From Mytilus californianus (lineage: Eukaryota), in the NCBI RefSeq assembly GCF_021869535.1, contig NW_026262690.1, positions 94,550,001 to 94,614,000 of the forward strand: DNA of 64,000 nucleotides. Reading direction: 5' to 3'. The notes under the pieces are model-generated. The model ran no database searches. It saw only the letters and a list, made by a program, of their open reading frames with translations, and was not told where the DNA came from. Shown here one piece after another: positions 45,201 through 57,000 of this stretch. A program made the translations under genes and the position numbers. Position 1 is the stretch's first letter, and each line of letters begins with the position of its first letter.

Positions 45201-46575
45201 AAAACATACAAGACTAACAAAGGCCAGAAATTCCTGACTTGGGACAGGCGCAAATATGCGGCGGCGTTAAACATGTTAAATGAGATCTCAACCCTCCCCT
45301 GTACCTCTAGCCAATGTAGAATAAACAAACACATAGCAATATGCACAGTAAAACTCAGTTTAAAGGAAGTCCGAGTCTGATGTTAAAATTTAGAAGAAAC
45401 TAAGCAAAATAACAATGATAACATAAATTAACAAATGACTACTAGCAGTTCCTGACATGCCAGCTCCCGACCTCAATTAAACTGATTGAAAGGTTGTGTC
45501 TTCATCATATAAAAATCAAGCTCAATCTCTCCCGTTAGGGGTTTAGTATCATACCATCATAAAATATATGAGAAGAACATAACCCGTATCATGCCAACAA
45601 CTGGTTAAAGAATAAATGTGTTTATTTCCGATGCAAAGACCCTATGAGTGAATCAATATTAATTCCAAAAAATGCCATCTTTAATGATCTGATAACAGTA
45701 TCGTAACTATTTCTCTTCTAAATAAGTCTACATACAATAAATTGTGACAGGTTTTCTAGTGTTTTGTGTTTTAGATAAGTTCGTGTTTTACAGGTTGATA
45801 GAGGGACCCCAGTAAAGCCAGAGAATGAAAGACTTAAAGTTAGTTACGATGAAATCAACCAAAGAGTCCGAGAGATAACTGAGTACTCATTTACACCTAA
45901 ACCAGGACAAGAAACGTATGAAGTTATTTATCTACACCAAACAGTAAGTAATACTTCTATTCATGAGATAAAAGTTTTTAACGAAAAAAATTTTGATGTC
46001 TTATGTTGGCATAAGTAAAGGATAAACATACAATTTATAAAAAAAGATCATTATTTATATAAACATATGATTAGAATAATTAATAACGCACGAAATAAAT
46101 TATTTAAAAATAAATAAACCATACAATTCGATACAAATGAATAACCATACAATTAGATTCAAAAAATGAAAATAAAAAAAGAAATGCTATCTGGAGCTTT
46201 AATTTGAAAATACTCGTATTTGCGATCTTTCTACAGTGGGAAATCTAGTTACACAATATTACCTCCCCTATAAGCACTGAAAACTAAATCTTCTCAATGT
46301 TTGTCCCATTTTAGCAAGGACGCTATCAAGTATGAATCCACGGGAAAACGTTCTGGTAAATAGTACTGAAAAATAGAAATAAGTTGAAATAAAAACAAAA
46401 CTTCCATTTGATGTTATCATTTCCCTCCTTAAGTAGAAAACGACGAGTACAGCAGGCTTTTGAAGCTAGATGTAAAATTAGTTTAAAACGTTGCTATGCG
46501 AATAAATTCCTGGAGTACCAACTCCAATTTTTTTTTCTACTGGCTGTATACCTCTCTGGAACATTGTTATTATCC

Positions 46576-46617
<42 letters not shown>

Positions 46618-48639
46618 CTAGATCAGAGAATGTCGGGGAAAAATTTCCAAAGGAATCGATTGATATGCAGCAAAAATTGGCACTTTTGAAATTAAGTTAC
46701 TAAGCAAATTCAAACGGACATTATTTCGATGTAAACATTGAATGTGAAAAGATCGAGAAAACTGCAAATACATGTACAAAAAAATCGAGACGACCTTTTC
46801 TTAAAATTGTATAAAAAAATAATAAAAAGATACCTACTTTATAAGAATAGTTATCTTTAATTTCTTAACCGGCACAGACAGATTTTTAAATTCTTATATT
46901 CACGAAAAGACAATATTTCTCTATTGAATGTACATGTGAGAAGAGCAGACCGGTGTGCTCGATAACTTAGGTGTGAAAAATAAGTATACTTTGGGAAATT
47001 GTAACATGCTAAGGACTTTGTGGAACGGTCCAAAAAATTGGTGACCCGAAAGATCATTAGAATTTTGTATGTACATGATTTTTTCCAATTTTTTTTATCA
47101 ATATGCAGCAAAGATTGGCATTTTTTAAATTTCAGTTTCACAAGCTTCTACTGCAATTATCTCGATAAATACTGAACATAAAACATCGTGTATTTGCATG
47201 CATATTTCTAATAACACAGTTTAACAAATAATTTCTTTAAAATGTACAATAATTATTATTATTTAGAAATAATTTTTGATCAGTATCGTCACCGGCATTG
47301 TTTTATTATTGACTTTCTCGACTCTATCATAAGAAGAGTGAATTTTCTTTTGTTTTCGTTCACTAGGTTTCCCACTGTCTAATCATAATTAAAGTAGTAA
47401 TATCAGCAATGCATTTATATGTTGCGATAATTCAAGGTTATAGCTATTTCAAAATCCAAAATTTCGTCTGAAATAATTCGTTGATTGATTTGAGCTGTGG
47501 AAAAATCAGCATTATCCATCTTTATAAAAGATAGATACTGATATATATATTTCCCATAATTGGATTGCAGAAAAAAGAGTATAGAATCAATCTTACAACA
47601 AGAAAATGTAATGTGTCCACCTTAACAAGACCTTTCATGCCTAATGGAGTTCCTCCAAATGCTACCTTCGAAGGATTTGCAACCGTAGGTGCTGCTGGTA
47701 TCCCAGGCCAGAGTCTGAATGTACAAGACTGGAAATTTTCAGCAGGACAAGAAACGTTCTATGGCGTTGTTACAAGTCCTGACTGTGTTCCTGTTCAACA
47801 TGCACATTACATGCCACCATCAACTTTCATCGTGTCATCGTAAGTAAGACGATTTAGAATTTGTCGCCCCGAGATTTGTTGCTGCTTTTTTTCAGATGGC
47901 GTTACAGAAATGCACACAGAGATAATTTATTAAGATGTAACGAATGATTAAGGTTTGGATGATACTTGCATTTTAAACAAACCTTTTGGCAATGTTATCT
48001 CGTTTTCCCCTATATTAAAGCTATTGAACTGGGTCTTCTTTTGGACATAACACTTTTTTCTTGATTAGAGTTTTGTCGATAGTCTTTTTTAGTGTATAAA
48101 TACGTAACAAAATAGTGCAACATGATGTAACCGACTCAAATGCAGAGCTACAGAAAAAAAAAATGTTTGGTTATATTTTCTCATTGGCAGAAATAGGAAA
48201 TAATTACCTTTTCTTCATTTAGTACAGTTTGCCAAATTTAAATCGAACCAATAAAAATTCACTGTGATTATTCCCAAATTAGCGTCTATCTTCATATGAA
48301 TAAAAAACTATGTCATATCACAAAAAACATAAAAATTCCGTTCTCACGACAAGTGTTTCTGGTAAAAACTTATAGATATGTAATTAAAAAACAATAAATA
48401 TAAATGATATTCGAATGTAAAATAAGGAGATGTAGTATGATTGCCAATGAGAACCATCAACCAGAGACCAAATGCCGTAGATGTTAGCGCCGAATGATAA
48501 GTATAGAAAATATCCACATTTAGATTATTTGGAAATGCATTTCATACATCACCTTATCTTTTACAGGTTCTTTGACATAAAAGCTGGAATAAGAGATGTT
48601 AATGTATTCACACCACCAACGGAGTGTAATCAAGAATAA
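42208..48639 (+). CDS. EPDR: Ependymin-related protein C, 196 aa; exons 42208-42271, 44229-44263, 45794-45943, 47571-47839, 48567-48639
   Basis: GT-AG exons in phase (64+35+150+269+73=591 nt). MKLFVALCCFVLAQA-QIPTPC-ESPKQWEGN, VSYDEINQRVRE, KCNVS, TSPDCVP, FTPPTECNQE*. Confidence 0.92.
44980..45715 (-). mobile_element. 3' end of PLE family 2 in EPDR-C intron 2
   Basis: The reverse complement matches 56715-57470: RT C-terminus YDTV.RSLKMAFFGINIDSL.GSLHRK* plus the long 3' region. A short terminal fragment also lies at about 53405-53510. Confidence 0.75.
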
Positions 48640-51017
48640 ATTTGGTATCCTTCGCCTCTCTTATAAATCTTACTTTTTTTCAATTCCGAAAACAATTATT
48701 CTTATGATGGCAGGTTTGTTTCGTGTAAAAATTTCTGAACTAATATCAAAATATGATATGCAGTTTTCAACGTTTTACGATTGTAATAATGCTTTACTTG
48801 GCCTAGTTGATTTATAACTAATAACCGACATTCATTAGTTGTGTAAATATAAACTATATAGGTACGTTTGAGGTTGGTAGGTTACCAAGTAGATTTATAG
48901 CTGCCTTCCATTAACTGTACAATCATAGTTTTGTTTAAAAGGGGTGTTTCATTAGTTTTTAGTGTCGCATTTTGTTCTATTTTATTGTTCAGTGTTTGTG
49001 TTGGTTTGATCGGTAACAGTTTCGGCTATTCCTTGTCGTCTTTGGAAACCATATTTTCATTCCATATTTTCACATTCGGACAAGGTTTAGGGTCATATAA
49101 TTTTCTTGATCGATGGTTTATGAATTTGGTGATACAACATTCATTTGCAAATACGCTATTGTAAGATGCTTATATAAAAAAAGAAGATGTGGTATGATTG
49201 CGACTTAGCTAAGACTTTTTATTGTCTTTTATAAATTCATATTCACATAAATCATAAGAAGTATAACACAAAACAGGTTTTAACAAAACAATCTGTTAAA
49301 ACATGTTTAAATATAGATATAAGCCTTTCAAATCAAAAAGAAAAAAAGAAAAAAAGAAGAAGAATGACCTACAAGAAAGATGAGTATACAAAGATAAAAA
49401 CCAATAGCTACAAATTATTGCGTTCACAATCTTTCTGCGTTTCGAAGGCACCAAATTTATATGGTAGTATTTTTTTCTTTTGTAACACTGTGTTGATACC
49501 ACTTTTAGTGGACTGCTATTCCTCCAGAGTATCACCAGACCAGTAGCCGGCGCTTCGGTACTGACATGGTTAACAACTTTTTAATTCTTCGTTGAATTTA
49601 GAAAATTTCATGAAACCAAACTCAATCAGGCAAAGTTGACGTCAGGTGGATTTGGCTATTCTTTTAAGGTTCCCTTTGGTCATGTAGTTCATCACGTGTT
49701 TTAGTTTGAGCGAATCCAAATAAGCGCGCCGAAATCACCAAGTTTATAAATAAAGTGTAATTTTGATTTGACAGCTTAAAAAAGTCTGTTTGTTCCTTAT
49801 TAAGCTTAATCATTTGTATATGCCTGAGCGATTTAAGTCGAAATACCATGCAGTAAACTGAATATTTATTAACTATCGAACTCCTAGAATTGTTAACAAC
49901 TTATCATGATACTAAAACTAGTTTAGTAGACCTAAAAATATCGATGTTTAATCTTTGCTCCATCCAAAAAAGTTACATTTCAAAAAGTAACAGCTCTAAG
50001 AAAGAAATGTCATTCTAACATTGAAAGGTATTTCTATGCCAAAACGACCGGTCTTTGCTTTCACCTGAAAATGCTGCATGATTAGCGGAGAAGCCTCAAA
50101 TGACATTTTTTGGTTTCCCCTCAACCCCCAACGCTCAAGTCCAACACGCTGTACCTCAAGACCACTAAGGCAAATCAGAGGAAATAGGGCGATTAAAACA
50201 TATAAACACTTCACAAAGTGTACAAAGTGACCAGATTATATCAATGGATTTTAAAGTTAAATGGCCGATAGTAAGCTGATCAGTAAAAAAAAACAAAACA
50301 ACCAAAATTGGGAAAATAAAAATAAACCTTGATAGCCGTTGAAAAACTATGAATATTAGGATGTCACATATCCTGCTTGATTCATACAGGGAGATGAAGC
50401 TTAAATAAAGTCTCTAAGTATGTACATGAATGTAAATTTTATTGCTGAACGAAAATACGAACTCTTAAAAAAAACACCAAAGTTCAATTTTACTTGAACT
50501 AATTAGAATATGAAGTCTTGAAATAATTACATATTTTCACCCACTAAACGAAATGTGTTTACATTTATCAAAGGACATGCAAGATTAGTAACTGAACCAA
50601 AGGACAAAAAGAGAAAGAAAAGAAAAACACGCAATCAACTACAGCCCTTACAGATTTTCATAAACGCAACCATCTTGTATTTTACTTTTATTTTTTTAAT
50701 AAAGTGACTATCGATCATATTTATTTTAACATCTTTCAATCTTTTCCATTAAAATGTTCAGAAAAAATAAATATTTATATAATTTGATAAATATTGTAAA
50801 ATGCGTAGTTTTTAATCTCATTTTGAAAAGATTATTTGGCAAAATTCAAAACATTATGATAAACATGACTTGTTGTTCAAAATTAAAATTTGGCATGTGG
50901 ACCAAAATATTTGAAGGCCATTGTCCGTACTTGGTTTTCAATCGAGTACTAGTGATGTTTGAGATCCGACATATTAAAAGTATATCGGGGAATGACCGAC
51001 TTGTGACAGCCATCATC

Positions 51018-54000
51018 ATGAAACTTTTCGTAGCTCTTTGTTGTTTTGTTCTTGCACAGGCTCAAATTCCAACTCGATGTGGTAAGTTTGATATGCATAT
51101 TTTTGAAAACTAACAAATGTTTCTTTCATTCTTGATATTGAATCTCTCGATGTGGTTTATCGAGCAGAATATGGAAAATTAGTCTGTTATAGATGTTTAA
51201 GCGACTTTCTTTTTTAAGAACAATATGACGAGGTGAAAACAGTGTGATGTATTAAAAAATGTATTTATAAAGCTTTGTCTTTTGGACAAAGCAAATTTTG
51301 CATTTTTGCTTTGATAAAGTAATCTGGCTCTATACGGCTGTTTTTGGAGACAAAGTGACTAAAAATAGAAAACCATCATACTTATGATTAATATATCGAG
51401 AGCATAAAAAACAAAATAGATAAAATCCTCGGAACGCTAAAGAGATGCGTAGATGCCCATACCCTCTAACGCTGGAAACAATGGCACCTAAGGTGCTTCG
51501 AAAGGGTAAATAATTCATTGCTCAATTTTTGAAAACATGAAGTTGTATGCATTTTTTTTTCTTTTAAATGCCAACAGATGTGAAGCCAAAAAGCATTTCA
51601 AATATTACGTTATAAAATGAAACTCAATCTTTCCCTGTGTGACAGCAAACAAAACAGTTACCAAACAAAAGAGAGGCGAAAGATACCACAGGACATTCAC
51701 ACTCATAAGTCGAAATTAAACTGACAACGCCATGGCACAAAATGGTGATGAGGGGACAAAATGTCCACCAGCAGAGACATCGACCAAGTTGTTGTAAAAG
51801 AGAGGCGAAAATACCGAAGGGACTTTCAAACTCATAAGTCGAAAATAAACTGAAAACGCCATGGCTAAAAAAGAAAAAAACCAAAAGACAAACAACAGTA
51901 CACAAAACACAACATAGAAAACTAAAGACTAAGCTACACGAACCACACCAAAAACCGAGAGTAATCTCTGGTGCTTCGGAAGGGTTAGCAGATCATGAAA
52001 CAGGAAAAAAATCATCATTTACTACATATTAACACCAGTGTTATGTCTAATATATAGAACTATTAAGTTAAGATATTGTCTATCATCGAGAACAATTGTG
52101 AACGATGTTTCATATTCTGAAAACTTAGTGGCCAACATAGATACACGTATCTTGTCTTAGGGAGGGATAAATCGTACTTTGTAAAAAATCACTCTGATTT
52201 AAACAAAAAATTCCCTGAAACCGACATTATCAAGATGCTTGATTTATTGATTGACAAGGTATGTGTTACGTTTCGGGGATGTGCTTTTCAACAAACAATC
52301 AGCATTCGCATGGGAACCAACTGTGCTCCTCTTCTTCCTGACTTGCTCCTTTATTCACATAAGGCTGACTTCATACAGGAACTTCTTAGGAAGAATGAAA
52401 GAAGTTAGTAGTATCCTTTAACTTCACTTTCCGCTATATAGATGATGTTCTCTCACTAAATAATTCGAAATTGGGTGACCTATGTTGAACGCATCTATCC
52501 CATCGAATTTGAGATAAAGAATACAACAGATACAGTTAAGTTTGCCTCATATCTTGACTTACATCTAGAAATTGATAATGAAGGTCGGTTGAAAACAAAG
52601 CTTTAGGACAAAACCAATGATTTCAGCTTTCCAATTGTGAACTTTCCATATCTATGTAGCAGCATTCCGGCAACGCCTGCATACGGAGTATATATCTCCC
52701 AGTTGATACAATATTCCGGGGTTTGTATTTCCTATCATGACTTTCTTGATAGAGGGTTGCTGCTCAGAAGGAAGCTTTTAAACCAAGAGTTCCAAGAGGT
52801 GAAGTTGAAATCATCCTTTTGTAAATTTTACGGACGCCACCACGAGTTGGTTGACCGTTATGAAATATCCGTTTCACAATTCCGTCCCCTTTTCCCCGAA
52901 TGTGACCTTTCGAATTAGAATTATCACTGGGTTTGTAATAACATAAGCAACACAATGTACAATATGGAGCAGGATCTGCTTACCCTTCTGGAGCACCTGA
53001 GATCACCCTCATTTTTGGTGGGGTTCATGTTGCTCAGTTTTTAGTTTTCTATGTTGTGTTTTGTGTACCGTTGTTTGTCTGTTAGTTTTCTTTTCTTTTT
53101 TAGCCATGGCGTTGTCAGTTTATTTTCGACTTATGAGTTTGAATGTCCCTTTGGTATCTTTCGCCTCTCTTTTTACCTTTTTGTGCTAGATTAAGGGCAT
53201 TTTAAATAAGCCGCTGTCAATGCAAAATGTTTGCATAAGTGTGTTATCATCATCTACGAGTTACTATTTACAAAAGCTCATTTTCACCTTAATTACCATT
53301 ATTGACGGGTTTGGAGTCTGGAATTCGAAGAAATTAGATAAGTTTAGAAGAGATTAGAATTTTTGATTTCTTTTACAAATCACAATACTATTACAGCTTT
53401 TAAAATAAAATTGAAAATGGAAATGGGGAATGTGTCAAAGAGACAACAACCCGACCATAGAACAGACAACAGCAGAAGGTCACCAACAGGTCTTCAATGC
53501 AGCGAGAAATTTAAAATGTTTGTTTTAAGCTATGTGATGAAGTTGAACGACAGCTGCATCTCCCATTGAGCAATGACTTTGACGACTTCACTTTTTCTGT
53601 GTTAATGTCCTTTTCAGTTTTGATATTCAAAATGTTTCATGTATTTGGCTCCCCACACTCTTGAGGTCTGACGATGTACGCTCTAAATCCATATAATAAC
53701 AATAGAAAATAACAATAATAGTAACAAACAAGAAGACGTTTCAACATAATATATGATAGGTTACATCATACACCATTTGACAAAAATTGTCAATCTTAAT
53801 TTCCAGATCCACCAAAGCAATGGGAAGGCAACATTCTTCGTGTAAGTTAAACATGATAATTGAATTTTAGTATATATGTGACTAGATCGAACTCTTCTTG
53901 TGGACAAAAACACATATGTCTCACATTCATCTATATCATGTATAGAAGTTTCTAAAGTATACAAGAAGTACAACTCATATATTCTAGTACTTGATAGGTA

Positions 54001-57000
54001 TTGTCTTGCAAATAAGAATATATATATATATTTCAAGATGTTATAGTTTAATTTAAGTAGACTGATATATGATTCATTCAACATCACAATCATATTTACT
54101 GATGAAGGATATCTGTTATCCGAAATATTTATAAATAATTACATTTATAGTTCCTTTTTTTGTTATTGGTGTTGTTGTGTACACTTTTTAGGCGTTTATA
54201 TAATTTATTTATTGTGTACATGTATCGTTACTCGTAACGATCCAGCGCCCTCGTGGGAAAAATCGTTGACTATTATTCAGACGTTTTATATATATATATA
54301 TATTTAACAATTTGATAATATGAGTAGGTTGGACTAAAAATGTCTTTTCATAGCAGTACAGGTTATGCATGGTATAGGGGTGGGATCAGAAAAGTTTATG
54401 ATTTATTTAGCATTAACTCTAAAACCAGGAAATGTTGAATGAGAAGCTGGCATTAGGTCAAATTATATGATATGAATTAATTTCTATATAAAAAAAAGCT
54501 GAAATATGTCGTCAAAAAGTAGTTTTTATTCTGAATCTAGCATTTGAAGTAAAAAAAAAATATGTGACCCAGAATACTGACGAGAGTTGTTTGAGAAACA
54601 GAGCATTGGGGACGTCTGCCTTTGCTTGTTGAAAATAGATTACGGTTTGATACCTTCCATGCAATACATTATTTGGTGCTAACCATACTAAAAAATATAA
54701 TTTGAAACCTTTTGTTTTCCTTGATCATTTTTTTTTCGCTTCGCGCCACCACGTGTCAAACATAGCCAACACTTAGCATGTAGGTTCTACATGGTGAAAC
54801 ATAAACTGTCACAGTTGAAACAAAATTTTACAGTTTGATATGTTGATTAAATGATTAAAAAATGAAAACAACATGTTATAGTTTTCATCCGTCCAAAAAA
54901 AAAAAACAAACTTACCCGAGCGACTAATAAATCGAAGGGAGCATGGAGAAATATCTGATTTCAATTAAACGGTGTCAGTCAAATTAGTCATGGTTAAGTT
55001 TAAAACAGTTTCATTGTGAGACATGTTATTGTAAAAGAGTGACGAAATATACCAAAGGGATATTCAAACTCGTTAGTTGTGAACAAACTGAAAATACCAT
55101 GGCAAAAAACTAAAAACGACAAAAAACAGTAAACAAAACTAAACGCAACACAGAAAACTAAACGCAACACAGAAAACTAAATACTGATCAACACGCACCC
55201 CAACAAAATTCCGGGGTTGATCTAAGGGGCTCCGGAAGGGTAAGCAGATCCTGCTTCCCTAGTGGCACTCGTGTAACTTATACCAATGAATTTAATGTCT
55301 CTCTTTTCAGCTAAAAACTACCACATTGTCGTTAGATTAAACCTTCTGACACAATTCTGTGAAAGCCTTTACCAAATAATCGAGTAAAAGCACGAAAATA
55401 ACGCCCTTGCTCAATAGGGTTAAATGAAGGGAAAACATCTGATTTTCTGGTTTTATTTTCATATTTATGATAAACAGGTCGCTAGAGGAAGCTCTATAAA
55501 ACCAAAGAATGAAAGACTTAAAGTCAGTTACGATGAAACCAATCAAAGAGTCCGAGAGATAACTGAGTCTTCATTTCCACCTAAACCAGGACAAGAAATG
55601 TATAAAGTTATTTATCTACACCAAACTGTAAGTTATGCTTATATTCATGAGGTAAAAGGTGGGTTATTTTTTCAGCAGATGCGTGTCTTATCATATTCAT
55701 GAACCATACATTGAGATGAGAAAACGATTAACCACAAATTAGATATAAATGATTTAATACACGAAATTACAAAATAAATAACCATATAATTAGATGCAAA
55801 TGAATAACCATACAACTATAAACAATTTAACAACTATACAATTATAAACAAATGAACAATTTAAAAAGTCGGAATGCGAATATATATGTTCAAACTCTTT
55901 TAGGTAATATTTAGTAACAACAAACAGAAGAACTAGTTCAATAAGAACTGCTTGGATACGATAAATGCATTTGAATTCTTACTAGATAACATTTTTGTTC
56001 GCTATTGAGATTCCGTATATCGTCAAGTTATCGGAATTCCAATGGGGAAACTATGCATCACTTATTGCAGACCTGTTTCTGTATTGTTACGAGTTACAAT
56101 TTATGATCCATCGAAACAACATCTGTTACAAAAATTGAATAATACTTTTAGATATTTGGCTGATATATTGGCTCTCAGTAATGACTTCAGTATGTACAGA
56201 AAGAGATTTATCCTGCTGAACTTACTTTGAATAAAGCTAATACTAACAATAAAAACTGCCCTTCCCTGGATCTTGATATCTATATATTTTTAACGGAAAG
56301 CTATATACTAAAATTTACGATGAAAGAGATGATTTTTCAATTCCTATTGTTAATTATCCATTTTTAGATGGTGACGTTCCCTTGGCATCATCATATGGGA
56401 TTTATGTATATCAACGTGTTCGATTCGCTTGTGTATGTTACAACGTATTGGATTTTAACAAAAGATATCTCTGTATTACTGAAAGATTATTACACCAGGG
56501 TTTTCGATATCACAAACTTGTCAAAACATTTACCAAATTTTATCATCGGTACAAGGACATCATTCGTAAATATAAATCAACGTGCAGACATCTTATACGT
56601 TCAAGTATTTCACATCCCATCTTTTATTGTAATATTCTATACAAAGCACAAACATGTCGTCATTCACGTCAAAAGCTAACCAAACCTTTAAACAGACTTA
56701 TTCAGAAGGGATAATGTTACGATACTGTTGTAAAGTCATTAAAGATGGCATTTTTTGGAATTAATATTGATTCACTCAAAGGGTCTTCGCATCGGAAATA
56801 AACACATTTATTCTAAAATCAGTTATTAGCACGATACGGGTTATGTTCTTCTTGTATATTTTATGATGGTATGTTGATAAACCCCTAACTGGAGGGATTG
56901 TGCTTGATTTTCATATGATGAAAACATAATATTTCAATCAGTTTAATTGAGGTCTGGAGCTGGCATGTCAGTAACTGCTAGTAGTCATTTGATAATCTAT

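Noticed and set aside
54570-54610. CTGACGA...GAAA hammerhead candidate
   Set aside because: No stem II or stem I pairing can be formed.
55990-56015. In-frame TGA in PLE RT as possible selenocysteine
   Set aside because: It appears to replace a Gly codon (GGA to TGA) in a copy with many other frameshifts and stops; no SECIS was identified.
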